Shown one piece after another: positions 38,258 to 48,332 of a stretch of 64,000 bases of DNA (positions are counted from its first letter, which is position 1; each line of letters starts with the position of its first letter). The position numbers and the translations under genes were made by a program. Source of the stretch: Candidatus Limnocylindrales bacterium (GTDB lineage Bacteria; Chloroflexota; Limnocylindria; Limnocylindrales; CSP1-4); contig JBBRXB010000004.1 in the NCBI GenBank assembly GCA_038248915.1, forward strand, positions 13,271 to 77,270, written 5' to 3'. The notes under the pieces were generated by a model. The model did not search any database, was not told the origin of the DNA, and saw only the letters and a list, made by a program, of their open reading frames with translations.

Positions 38258-39295
38258 GTGTGCGACGTGTGGACGTGTCCGCAATGCCACTCGATCAACG
38301 TCGAGAAAACCGCGAGATGTTATTCGTGTCATCTGCCGCGAGGATCTGCACCGGGTGACATAACGACGGAGACGCGGCCCGTGCCTCAAGCGGCCGCGAC
38401 GATCCCGACCACCGACTCCGCTCCACCAAGACCTGGACACGCCCCGCTGAGCATCTCCGTCGAGGGCCTGGATCCGAGTAAGGTCGTTGCGAGCGGCGAC
38501 ATTGTCCTCCTTCTCCGCGACGCACTGCTTCGGTTTGAACGTTGGGTGGACGCCGAGCCACGGGTGCTATACGGAACAGTTGTTGTCGGGATCGCCGTTG
38601 CCGTTCTAGTCGTGCTCGGGTTCCCAGCCGGGACAATGCTCGGCCTGCTAATCCTCGGCGTCGCTGTGGGTGCCGGCTTTGGCTTGTACCGGATCTACGG
38701 ACCGGCCTTCGAGGCGGGGCGGCGCCCGAGGATTGAGCCACCTGCGACTGGTGGAAACCACATGCCGCCGACTCCTGCTGGTGACACCGGTTCATCTCCG
38801 GTAGCAGCATCCACAATGAGCCGATCACGTGCGGACGAGGATATAAGGGCGAAGTTGGCCCGGCAATCCATATCACAAGGGTCCCTGATGACTAGTCAAG
38901 CCGATGGTCCGACGACTCTTATCCGGACATATCCGGGCAAGAGTAATTCCGACGCGGTCAGATTGTTCCAAGCGGATGCCCAGGTGCTAGCTCGTTCTGG
39001 TTACGAGCCAACGAGCCAGAGCTGGGCCGAGGATCAACACGGCCCAAGCCTCGGTTCGGTTGTCATGTGGGGCGCCTTCGCGGCGTCAAAGCGCCGAGGC
39101 GGTGGCACGTTGACCGTGACGTATAAGCGCTTGCAGCAAGGGTCAGACGCGGCCGTTGCTCCGGCCGACCCCGCCCCTCCAGCAGCAACATCGATCCCCG
39201 ACCAGATCCGCGCCCTCGGTGAACTCCGCGACCAGGGACTCATCACTCCAGAGGAGTTCGAGGCAAAGAAGGTTGAGTTACTGGGTCGGATGTAG
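38258..39295 (+). CDS. Membrane protein with N-terminal zinc finger and C-terminal SHOCT domain
   Basis: 345 aa. WTCPQCHSINVEKTARCYSC. Two hydrophobic helices. C-terminal IRALGELRDQGLITPEEFEAKKVELLGRM. Confidence 0.65.
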   Translation: MCDVWTCPQCHSINVEKTARCYSCHLPRGSAPGDITTETRPVPQAAATIPTTDSAPPRPGHAPLSISVEGLDPSKVVASGDIVLLLRDALLRFERWVDAEPRVLYGTVVVGIAVAVLVVLGFPAGTMLGLLILGVAVGAGFGLYRIYGPAFEAGRRPRIEPPATGGNHMPPTPAGDTGSSPVAASTMSRSRADEDIRAKLARQSISQGSLMTSQADGPTTLIRTYPGKSNSDAVRLFQADAQVLARSGYEPTSQSWAEDQHGPSLGSVVMWGAFAASKRRGGGTLTVTYKRLQQGSDAAVAPADPAPPAATSIPDQIRALGELRDQGLITPEEFEAKKVELLGRM

Positions 39296-39363
39296 GTACG
39301 CCCGTCATCATCTTAGGCATATGGCCCGCTGTTTAGGATCGGGTCGCGGCGAATATTCGCCAG

Positions 39364-40410
39364 TTATCGGCAGTCGGACACATACGCAGATAGCTTTCCG
39401 AGGAACGCAGTCGTTTTGGACTGCATCTCCTGCCAATCCTGCGTCGCCGCCATGTTTCCAGGCGTCGCGCCGCCCGGGTAAATGTACGACGTGAATTCGT
39501 CGCGCCATCCGACCGCCAGCGGTTTGTCCGCGGAATATGCGTCCTTCAGGCACCGGAAAGCATTCTTGCTAATGAATGATAGGTGTACTTGGATCTGGTT
39601 CACTGTCTGGCCAAAAATCAGTCGGGCCGTTGCCTTTGCGGCGCTAACTTCTGCGGGCGTCGCGCCAGGGTAGTCCACGGGAAGACCCCAAAGATCGCGA
39701 GCCGTCCGGGCGATCATGCCGTACGTCAACCGGACAGAATCGAGGTAACGGACCGCCGCACGATACGAACTGCTCGCCGGCCCCACCCCGCCCCCGCCGG
39801 TCGATCCGGAAGCCCTGGTTGGACGAGGCGTCGCCCGAGGTGGAGCCGTCGCGAACGGCAGCAGAGAGCCGACTGGCTGGGCAGCCCCTTTCGGCACCTG
39901 CGCAAGAGCGACTGTAACGTCGATGCTCGATGCCAACTCGTTCGTTTTTTCAGATAGGGCGAGTACGTCGGGCAGTATCTGGAACAGCAGCACCGCACTT
40001 CCTCGTATGGTCGGATCCGTAGACGCGGCAAACGCGGCGTCAAGGGCCTTGCTGGCAGACGAACGCACTGACGTCATTCGAATCACAAGGTCCGATGCCG
40101 CCGGGCAACGGGCGAGCGTCGCTTCAAGTCCCGCGTATGCGTTCAGGGTTTCCGAGGTACGTCGGAGCGCCGTGATGGTCGTCGCGGAGTCGAACGACTT
40201 GGCGACCACGAGGCGCCTTATCGCGGCGACGTTGTCCGCGAACCGTTGAGCGAAAGCCCCAACTCCTGTCACGCCTGCTACGCATGGTTCCGGAGTGGGT
40301 CGGGGCAGAACGATGGCGTTAGGCGTCGGAGGCGCGATGTTCTCTTGGCCCGCGCACGCTGCGACGAGCAGCGCGATGAGAAAGAAGGCGGGTCGAGCGC
40401 GGGCAGGCAT
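39364..40410 (-). CDS. Hypothetical lipoprotein
   Basis: 348 aa. Signal MPARARPAFFLIALLVAACAG. Confidence 0.65.
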   Translation of the reverse strand: MPARARPAFFLIALLVAACAGQENIAPPTPNAIVLPRPTPEPCVAGVTGVGAFAQRFADNVAAIRRLVVAKSFDSATTITALRRTSETLNAYAGLEATLARCPAASDLVIRMTSVRSSASKALDAAFAASTDPTIRGSAVLLFQILPDVLALSEKTNELASSIDVTVALAQVPKGAAQPVGSLLPFATAPPRATPRPTRASGSTGGGGVGPASSSYRAAVRYLDSVRLTYGMIARTARDLWGLPVDYPGATPAEVSAAKATARLIFGQTVNQIQVHLSFISKNAFRCLKDAYSADKPLAVGWRDEFTSYIYPGGATPGNMAATQDWQEMQSKTTAFLGKLSAYVSDCR

Positions 40411-40931
40411 CGCGGGTCCCTCTGGTTCGTCGGCACAGAGGCTACCAGCCGAATCGCCACCCGTCCTACATCATTGACTCCAATTCGACTCGAATGTCGC
40501 TTTGGGGAGGGGGCTACCCGCTCCGATCGACTGATACGTGATCTGGTACGAGGCGTCTCGAAGCAGGTGCTCAAATGAGTGGTACGCGGAAGAGGTACGC
40601 GGTGCCAGTTTGAAGATGAGTCCGTGCATGCCTTCGGCATGAATGGTCCTCCGCCGTACTGTGTCGTACCAGATTAGGGCGGCCCGCATCACTCGGCTTC
40701 GATCCGTCCGCGTTCGGCTTTTCGTGACCCAGGGGGTACCAAGTAGGTTCCGGTAATGCCGACTACCGGAACCCTAGCGCGATTGGGCCGCCTGGTACGC
40801 CAAGGTGATCAGACGGACCAGATTCCGACCGCGCACACGCATGTTGCTGCGGCCTCACTGACCGGGCCGTACCAGTGTGCGGGCTGCCTTTCCGAAGCTG
40901 ACCGGGTGGACCGCCGAGGCATCGCTGACCG

Positions 40932-41453
40932 ATGCGTCCATCCCGGCGGGGCCTCCCGATGGATTGCCTGACTCGCGAGGTCGCGGCCGACTTCGACGGA
41001 CCGACCATCGTCTGCCCGAGGTGTGCGATTCGGATCGCGGTCTCGACTCCGAGCGGCTGGACGATTCGCAGCCCGCGCGATGTGTACGACCATCTCAGCG
41101 CCGACATGGGCGCACTAGAGACGGAACAATTCCGCGTCCTGATCCTCAACACCAAGAACAAGGTTCTCCGCGTCGTGACTGCCTACTCGGGCAATGTGAG
41201 CGCGTCCCTAGTGCGCGTAGGGGAGCTCTTCCGCGAGGCGGTTCGAGACAATGCAACCGCGGTCGCGCTGGTCCACAACCATCCGTCCGGCGACCCAACT
41301 CCCTCACCCGACGACATGCACCTCACGGCGGAGGCGCTGGCAGCAGGCCGCCTTCTCGACATTGACCTGCTCGACCACGTCGTCATCACGGCCGACGCGT
41401 ACGTATCGCTCCGAGATCGGGGCGTGGTGTTTGACCGCGCCGATGTCCGGTGA
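40932..41453 (+). CDS. RadC-like JAB/MPN domain protein
   Basis: JAMM motif ALVHNHPSGDPTPSPDD. Start uncertain (alternative ATG at 40959). Confidence 0.8.
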   Translation: MRPSRRGLPMDCLTREVAADFDGPTIVCPRCAIRIAVSTPSGWTIRSPRDVYDHLSADMGALETEQFRVLILNTKNKVLRVVTAYSGNVSASLVRVGELFREAVRDNATAVALVHNHPSGDPTPSPDDMHLTAEALAAGRLLDIDLLDHVVITADAYVSLRDRGVVFDRADVR

Positions 41454-41522
41454 CCACTCCCGCTCGGCCGTGGCACTCATGCGATAGAGCCGGGGCGACG
41501 CCATCGGCCCGCCGGCGCACTG

Positions 41523-42650
41523 ATGACGACCTCGCGGCGGCCACGCGTGCGTGCTACGGCGCCCGCCCGCCGACCTGGATCGGTTTGGGGCCGTGCTTTC
41601 AGCCGCTCATGTCTCGCGGCTACCGGCACGTCGCACGGGCCGAGGAGCAGCCCCATCGCTAAGAGCGTCGGCTCTCGGTCGTTGCACGGTCACCCTCGAC
41701 TGTCGCGCCGGCCGTCGGCTGTCGCGTCCGACCGCCCCGATGCGCTCGATGCCCTCGCGTCCACGATCGTTCGGCGCGGTGACTCGCCCGAGACGCGTCG
41801 CGCCTACCGGCGAGATCTCGCGACATTCCTCGGGTGGCTCGCGGCAACAGGACAATCTTGGAATGCCGTAACCGCTACGGAGCTCGACGAGTACCGAGAG
41901 TGGCTGGCAACGCGGTACGCCAGGACCACGACGAACCGGCGACTCGTTGTCGTCCGAGGCATGTTCGCGGAGGCGAGGCGGCGCGGCCTGCTTCTCGACG
42001 ACCCCGCTGCAGGCCTCCGGAGCATAAGGGGCCGCGACGATCGCGACGGCGGCGCATTGACGCGCGGGCAGGCTCGCGACGTCCTGGATGCCATCGCTGG
42101 CGACCTGCGGCGATCGTCGCATCGACTCCTCGCCCAGCGGGACCTCGCTGTCGTTTCGCTGCTGGTGCGGACCGGTATCCGCCGGTCGGAGCTGACGGGC
42201 CTCCGCGTATCGAGCGTCGGCATGGCGCTGGGTCACCACATTTTGAGCATTACCGGCAAAGGCAACGTCGTCCGAACCGTCAAGGTCCCACCGGACGTGT
42301 CGCGCCTGATCGAGATATGGCTCGTGGCGTCCAAGGAAGTCGGTGTTGAGCTGACCGGCGATGACCCACTCTTTGTAGAAGTCCGCAAGGGCGGCCACAT
42401 CCCTGGCGATCGCCCGCGCTCGGACCGGGCGATTTACGCCATCGTCGAACGTCGGCTGCGTGCCGCCGGAGTCGAGCGCCTTGGACCGCACGGCATGCGC
42501 GCAACCTTCGTGACGCTCGCCCTCGAAGGTGGAGCGCCACTCCACTTGGTTCAGCGGGCCGCTGGGCATGCTGACCCAAGGACGACCGAGCGCTACTGGC
42601 GACGCAAAGATGGTCTCGATGACAACGCGGTCGATTACCTCAAGCTCTAA
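41523..42650 (+). CDS. Tyrosine recombinase (XerC/D / phage-integrase family)
   Basis: SAM-like N-domain RAYRRDLATFLGWL. Catalytic residues in RTGIRRSEL, HGMRATF, AGHADPRTTERYW. The true start is probably downstream of 41523 (for example TTG 41682). Confidence 0.8.
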   Translation: MTTSRRPRVRATAPARRPGSVWGRAFSRSCLAATGTSHGPRSSPIAKSVGSRSLHGHPRLSRRPSAVASDRPDALDALASTIVRRGDSPETRRAYRRDLATFLGWLAATGQSWNAVTATELDEYREWLATRYARTTTNRRLVVVRGMFAEARRRGLLLDDPAAGLRSIRGRDDRDGGALTRGQARDVLDAIAGDLRRSSHRLLAQRDLAVVSLLVRTGIRRSELTGLRVSSVGMALGHHILSITGKGNVVRTVKVPPDVSRLIEIWLVASKEVGVELTGDDPLFVEVRKGGHIPGDRPRSDRAIYAIVERRLRAAGVERLGPHGMRATFVTLALEGGAPLHLVQRAAGHADPRTTERYWRRKDGLDDNAVDYLKL

Positions 42651-42792
42651 CCCCATCGCCCGGCCCGAGCAATCTTGCGTTGGCCTGGCTCGGCGGTTCG
42701 GGGCGTTGCTCGCCCTTGCATGCGGCTCCTGGGCGTGGCGGACCGGGTATGATCCTTCATGGTGCCCCGGCCTGTGACACCATGCCCGTAGC

Positions 42793-44436
42793 GTGCAGAC
42801 GAACGTCCTCTACTACGGCGACAACCTCGGCATCCTCCGGGAACACATCCCGGACGGGTCGGTTGACCTTGTGTACCTCGACCCCCCGTTCAACTCGAAC
42901 GCCGACTACAACGTCATCTTTAAGGACGAGTCGGGCCGCCAATCGGATGCCCAGCTGCTCGCATTCGAGGACACGTGGCATTGGGGACCCGGGACGGCAG
43001 CCCACTTCAACTACCTGACCAACACCTCGCTCCACCATGGGCGCGTGCCGGAGGCGGTCTCCTCGATCATTGGGGCGCTCCGGCAAGGCATCGGGACGAA
43101 CCAGATGCTCGCCTACCTCGTGGAGATGACGGTCCGGCTTGTTGAGCTCCACCGGGTCTTGAAGCCGACCGGCTCACTGTGGCTCCATTGCGATCCGACC
43201 GCTAGCCATTACCTGAAGCTCGTACTCGACGCGATCATCGGCCCGGAGAATTTCCGAAACGAGATCGTCTGGAAGCGAACCTCTGCCCACAGCGATAGCA
43301 AGCGGGCCGGGCGCATTCACGACGTCCTACTGTTCTACGGCAGGTCGGCGAGGACGGTCTGGAACAAGGTTTACCAGCCGTATGACGAGGAGTACGTCGA
43401 GCGGTACTACCGCTACAAAGACCCCGATGGGCGGCGGTACGCGTCGGGGGACGTAGCGGCCGCTGGCGCGGGACCAGCTCGTGTCTTCCGTGGCGAGCTC
43501 CGCGAGCCGCCTCCCGGCTCGCACTGGCGCTTCAGCCAGCAGAAGCTCGACCAATACATCGCGGAGGGGCGAATCTATTTCACACCCAACGGTTTCCCTC
43601 GATTGAAGCGGTACCTGGACCAGATGGAAGGAACGCCGCTGCAGGACCTCTGGGCCGACAAAGGCGTCCAGCCCGTCGTCTCGTGGTCCAGCGAGGGCCT
43701 CGGGTACCCGACGCAGAAGCCGGTCGCGCTCCTCGAACGCATCATCGCGGCGAGCTCGAACCCCGGCGAAGTCGTACTAGACCCATTCTGCGGCTGCGGG
43801 ACGGCGCTGATCGCGGCGCAGAAGCATGGCCGCCGATGGATCGGGATCGACGTCACCCACCTGTCCATCGCAGTGATGCGGGCGCGACTCCGCGACTCAT
43901 TTCCGGAACTCGGGGACGTTCCGGTTCTCGGAACGCCAACCGAGGTCGAAGGCGCGAAGATGCTGGCGGCCGAGTCCCTCGACGGACGATACGAGTTCCA
44001 GTACTGGGCGCTCTCGCTGATCGACGCCCAGCCCATCGGCGACAAGAAGAAGGGCGCTGACGCCGGGATCGACGGTCGCCTGACGTTCACCGACATCGGG
44101 AGCAAGGTCCGGCCGGTGCTCGTCTCGGTCAAGAGCGGGCACGTCAACGTCTCACAGGTCCGCGACCTCATCGGGACGATGCAGCGCGAAGACGCGCCCA
44201 TCGGCGTCTTCCTGACATTGGAGGACCCGTCGAAGCCGATGCTGGCCGAGGCCGCGTCTGCCGGGGTCTTCCACTCGGACGTCTCCGGCATGGACTACTC
44301 CCGGGTCCAGATCCTCACTGTGGAGGAGCTCCTCGTGGGCCGCCGCCCGGTCCTTCCGCTATTGGTCCTCCCGACCTACCAGCAGGCCCCGAGGATCGAG
44401 CAAGAGTCACCTGGACAAGAGAAGCTGTTCGGCTAA
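42793..44436 (+). CDS. Beta-class N6A/N4C DNA methyltransferase fused to a C-terminal Mrr-like (PD-(D/E)xK) nuclease-fold domain
   Basis: GTG start. Motif IV VYLDPPFNSN precedes motif I DPFCGCGTALIAAQ. C-terminal GADAGIDG..VLVSVKSG. Confidence 0.8.
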   Translation: MQTNVLYYGDNLGILREHIPDGSVDLVYLDPPFNSNADYNVIFKDESGRQSDAQLLAFEDTWHWGPGTAAHFNYLTNTSLHHGRVPEAVSSIIGALRQGIGTNQMLAYLVEMTVRLVELHRVLKPTGSLWLHCDPTASHYLKLVLDAIIGPENFRNEIVWKRTSAHSDSKRAGRIHDVLLFYGRSARTVWNKVYQPYDEEYVERYYRYKDPDGRRYASGDVAAAGAGPARVFRGELREPPPGSHWRFSQQKLDQYIAEGRIYFTPNGFPRLKRYLDQMEGTPLQDLWADKGVQPVVSWSSEGLGYPTQKPVALLERIIAASSNPGEVVLDPFCGCGTALIAAQKHGRRWIGIDVTHLSIAVMRARLRDSFPELGDVPVLGTPTEVEGAKMLAAESLDGRYEFQYWALSLIDAQPIGDKKKGADAGIDGRLTFTDIGSKVRPVLVSVKSGHVNVSQVRDLIGTMQREDAPIGVFLTLEDPSKPMLAEAASAGVFHSDVSGMDYSRVQILTVEELLVGRRPVLPLLVLPTYQQAPRIEQESPGQEKLFG

Positions 44437-44454
44437 GAGAGTCGGCGTGTCCCA

Positions 44455-44628
44455 ATGAATCAACCGCACCGCCAAGAACCTGCCGACCAGCGCGGTCGTC
44501 GCCTCTGCGAGCGGCTGCGCGCCGAGTGGATCGCCGGGGCCGAGGAGGAGTGGCGCCGGCGGTCCGGGCGGCCGATGACGGCGGAGGAGCTGGAGCGGGT
44601 TCTGCGCCGTTTTCCAGGGGATCTATGA
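44455..44628 (+). CDS. Possible small protein (57 aa)
   Basis: ATG 44455, 19 nt after the methyltransferase stop. MNQPHRQEP..RLRAEWIAGAEEEWRRRSGRPMTAEELERVLRRF. Below the ORF-track size cutoff. Confidence 0.3.
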   Translation: MNQPHRQEPADQRGRRLCERLRAEWIAGAEEEWRRRSGRPMTAEELERVLRRFPGDL

Positions 44629-44708
44629 CCAAGAACTGTGCGGGCTGAGCTATCGACGCCCGTCAATTCGAGATTCACTTCGTCCTCAGTGCGGACGAGG
44701 CTCGTCGT

Positions 44709-45362
44709 ATGGCGCTCGAGGCCCACGAGTCGATTCCGGACTTGATCTATGCAGGCGATGGCGCCTACTTCCTTCTCGAAGCCCTGGCGGAGGACCTCGA
44801 TCGGTGGGCCGAAGACATGGACGAACGGCAGGTCGTTCGTCGGGAACCACATCAGATGTTGCTTGCCATGAACGTCGAAGGATCGAGTGAAGCTGAGTGG
44901 CATGCGATTCGCGAGCGGACCCTCACATTGGTCAGGCGATTGGCCACGTTGCCCGGCGATCCGACGATAGTTGGCGCGTGGGCTGATCTCGTCCTCGCAC
45001 TTTCTGCGCGCCAGCGTGGTGGACCTCAACTCTTTGAGTTACCGGTGCTCGGCGGCCGTCGAGGTGACGCACTCCCGTCGGAGTTGTTTGAAGAGTCGCG
45101 CACGTTGCAAGCAAGACTCGAATCGGCTGGTTTTCACTTGCCCGCACGGATCATTCGCGGAATCCACCGCAATCTAGACCAGGCCGCCGGCATCACTCTC
45201 GCCGCCGCCGCAGGTCCTGAAGAAGACATGAGAGTGGGGTCATCCGAGGCTCTGACGGCCATGAGATCGATGAGGCGAGGGACTGCGCATCCGAAGACGA
45301 TCAAGATCTGGAAGCAGATAGCCGACGAGTTCGAAAGTTGGCGTGCTATCTACTGGAAGTGA
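44709..45362 (+). CDS. Hypothetical protein
   Basis: 217 aa with protein-like composition. Preferred over the overlapping antisense ORF 44460..45029. Confidence 0.5.
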   Translation: MALEAHESIPDLIYAGDGAYFLLEALAEDLDRWAEDMDERQVVRREPHQMLLAMNVEGSSEAEWHAIRERTLTLVRRLATLPGDPTIVGAWADLVLALSARQRGGPQLFELPVLGGRRGDALPSELFEESRTLQARLESAGFHLPARIIRGIHRNLDQAAGITLAAAAGPEEDMRVGSSEALTAMRSMRRGTAHPKTIKIWKQIADEFESWRAIYWK

Positions 45363-45672
45363 CAGCTCGCGCGGTCGGCTGGCCAGTGAGGACTGTTTCG
45401 AACAAACTGCGCCACTGAACGTCGTGACGCTCTTGTCTGAGGCGAGGCTGCTGGCAGCATCGCTGAAACCAACAGCGGTACCAATAGAGACGGACGGCCC
45501 CGGTCACAACGGCCGCACATCGGCCTCGTTCGTGCGTGAAACGACCGTCAACGGACCCCCGCGGACGCTCCGGTCTGCCAGCTACTGACGCCATCCGTGC
45601 GTCCGACCGTAGGGCATTTGTAACAGGACCCGTGGGGTCTTCGACCGTGCAGGTGGCCCGGCGACCCTACGA

Positions 45673-46098
45673 TTGAGCGCCTGTTTCGCTCACGGATGGA
45701 CTCGAATGCCTTCGATCACCAAGCTTTCTCGCATCGCCCGGCTGGCGACTCTGCCAGAGACCCGTCGGGCCGTCAGCGCCGCCGCGCGTTCCGATGACCT
45801 TCGCGATTTCGCGCGTCGCGCGTCCACGGATCGGCGGGGGTTGGTCCGTGACCTGCGGGATCCCGCCAATGCGCGTGAGTTGCTACGGGCCGCGTTCCGT
45901 CATCCGGCCGGCCGTGAACTCGGCGCCGCCAGCCTTATCTTTCTGCCGGGTCGATATCTCCCGGTCGGCTGGGCAGTGACATGGGCAGGCAGCAAGATCG
46001 CGGGTCGCTACATCGACCGGCCGACCGAGGTGCTCGATCCCACGACGTTCGGTGCTAAGAGTCAGCGACGAAATGTGACCCCCGACAACCCTCGTTGA
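45673..46098 (+). CDS. Hypothetical protein
   Basis: 141 aa. Alternative start MPSITKL at 45706. Confidence 0.4.
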   Translation: MSACFAHGWTRMPSITKLSRIARLATLPETRRAVSAAARSDDLRDFARRASTDRRGLVRDLRDPANARELLRAAFRHPAGRELGAASLIFLPGRYLPVGWAVTWAGSKIAGRYIDRPTEVLDPTTFGAKSQRRNVTPDNPR

Positions 46099-46411
46099 GG
46101 CCATCCGGACCTTGCCCCATTCGGATCAACACGCGGGCTGAAAGGGCAGGCTGCGCGACATGGGCGCGGTCGTCGAGCTGACGGACGAGGAGGGGGGCTT
46201 GTCGAGCACCTCTCTTCGATCCCCCGTCCACCGTGGTCAGAGCGACGGGAACTTTCGCTCACGCGGTAGTTCATGGCGCACTTCATAATGCCGCCTATGG
46301 CATTGCGAGTCTCCCCAAGTTGCGGCGCAGAACGCTTTGAGGCGCTTCGATCTTGCGAAAAGTGCAGGTTCGACTTCAAATCGATCAGCTCCACAGACGC
46401 CTGAATATTCG

Positions 46412-46684
46412 ATGGCACCGCCTGCGGATTGCGCCAGTTGCGGTTCCGTCCTCCCTACAGGAGCGCGGTTCTGCGCGGCGTGTGGTTCAAGGGTCGACGG
46501 CGACCTACCTCCCGTCGAGATATCGTCCGGCCACAGCGCAGTGTCAGCGACCCCGACGGCTACCGCCTCCAACCACTCTGGTGCGGGCTCCCAGGCCCAG
46601 GTCGCCTGTCCGAACGGCCACACTGACAGCGTGAGAAGGTGTCGGGGCTCCACTCTGCGGGCTTTTCGTCCACGGAGAGCATGA
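46412..46684 (+). CDS. Zinc-ribbon protein; possibly the frameshifted N-terminal part of the next ORF
   Basis: CASCGSVLPTGARFCAACGSRV. The 3' end overlaps ORF 46639..47178 in another frame. Confidence 0.4.
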   Translation: MAPPADCASCGSVLPTGARFCAACGSRVDGDLPPVEISSGHSAVSATPTATASNHSGAGSQAQVACPNGHTDSVRRCRGSTLRAFRPRRA

Positions 46685-47178
46685 CCCCGGCTCGCTGGGG
46701 CACCGCCTTCGCCTTCGGGTCCGCTGGCGCGACTCCCATCATCGGGAGGACCCCGCCGACTACGGCGAACTCACAAACCCAGACACCGCTTAGCGCCCAC
46801 CTTGGGCCACCGCCCCCGCCAGTGTTGCGCGGGCCAACGATAGGGAAGGTCGAGCGATGGACGGCGATCGCGGTGTTGATTGCAGTAACACTCCTGTTCT
46901 CGGTGGCGGCGCGCCCGAGCGTCACCGTCCTGGGGCTACTCGTCACTGCCCTGATTGCCCTCATCGCCGTCCTGATCTGGGGAACGCGGTCCAGGAGGAA
47001 GTCCGAGGCACGGTTTCACTCGGACTTCGCATGGTGGGGGCAGTTGATGGAGGCTTGGGATCAGACGTACTACTGCCAGCGAGATGATCTCGTCTTCATA
47101 CCGGACAGGCACCTGGCTGCACCCTCAACAGAGCTGCTCGGACTCCTTCGCATGGCTGCCCCACGCGCTCTGGACTGA
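46639..47178 (+). CDS. Membrane protein (two TM helices), start uncertain
   Basis: WTAIAVLIAVTLLFSVAA and VLGLLVTALIALIAVLIWG. Pro/Thr-rich linker upstream. Confidence 0.4.
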   Translation: MSGLHSAGFSSTESMTPARWGTAFAFGSAGATPIIGRTPPTTANSQTQTPLSAHLGPPPPPVLRGPTIGKVERWTAIAVLIAVTLLFSVAARPSVTVLGLLVTALIALIAVLIWGTRSRRKSEARFHSDFAWWGQLMEAWDQTYYCQRDDLVFIPDRHLAAPSTELLGLLRMAAPRALD

Positions 47179-47339
47179 TAACCATTTCGCCGGCTTATGC
47201 CGATCGGTGGGTGGCTTTCGCTCCCCGGAGTGCGGCGTAGGCCGTCATCGAGACATGCGTCACTGTAGGCTTGGCTCGCGCGGACGGACTAAAGCAGACT
47301 GAGGCGGAACCCGACTACCCCAGGGCGTGGGATGCCCGC

Positions 47340-48010
47340 AATCCCGACCGATGCTCTACATCGACGTGGGGCAGAACCCGACCACCGTGCACCAGCCGCT
47401 CTAGTTTCGCCACGACCGTAGGCGGGTGGAGCCTGCAGGGTCGTCTCAGATGTGCGCCCGTGAGCCCCCGGACTCGAGGCTTTTGCCGTATCTCCCTTGT
47501 ACGTTTGTCCCACCGGGAGCGTGGCCGGACGAGGCGTCCGGGCAAGAGCGATCCGGGCGACGCGTTCGCGATCGCGCGGGTGACCCTGGCTGAACCGGAC
47601 CTGCCCCCGGTGCGCCTGGCCGACCGGACCCGCGACCTGCAGCTCCTTGCCACCGCGCGGGATGCGGTCGTGGTCACCCAGACCCAGGCCCGCAATCGGC
47701 TCCACGCCCACCTCCTCGTTCTGGTGCCGGGATACGGGTCGACTGTCGCCCACCTGGTCACGGGACCCGAGCTTGCCCGTGCCCGCCGGCTGCTGCGGGG
47801 ACACCGGGGGATCGCGACCGACCTTGCCCGCGCCGAGCTCGCCGAGGTCATCCGGCTCAGGCGGAGGGCGGATGCCCTCGAGCGCCAGATCCGCTTTCTC
47901 GTGGGCGACGACCCGCTGCTCGTGATCCGGGGCTGCGGACACCTCTCGGCCGCGGCCCTCCGGGGTGAGTCGGGCGAGGTGTCCCGGTTCCCCTCGTCCG
48001 ACGCGTTCGC
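47340..48010 (+). pseudogene. Degraded IS110-family transposase
   Basis: MLYIDVGQ.. then an in-frame stop. Then GKSDPGDAFAIARV and ..RNRLHAHLLVLVPG.. in track ORF 47271..48287. The C-terminus is replaced by IS256-like sequence. Confidence 0.6.
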
Positions 48011-48039
48011 GAGACCGCGTTCCTGCGCTTGCTGGTCGG

Positions 48040-48300
48040 GCGCGCCTGGCCGGCGTCCGGCTGGTCATCTCCGATGCCCACCTCGGCATCCGGGCAACCG
48101 TCAGCTCGACCTTCGTCGGGGCCGCCTGGCAGCACTCATCGGTCCACAGTGGGGCGGGACCGTTGGTCCCCATCTCGCACCGAGCGGAGAGCGCCTTGGC
48201 AGCGGCGATCGGCTGAGATCCTCCGGCAGACCCGCGCCTCCGCTCGGGAGGCGAGCCTATACCGGCCCGAGGGAGACGTGCCTTTGAGCACCGGACGATG
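48040..48300 (+). pseudogene. IS256-family transposase fragment (central part, frameshifted)
   Basis: GVRLVISDAHLGIRATVSSTFVGAAWQ in track ORF 47965..48216. The continuation is scattered over other frames. Confidence 0.55.
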
Positions 48301-48332
48301 AGCGTCCCGGGTGGGCTGCGCCGAGCGGCGAG

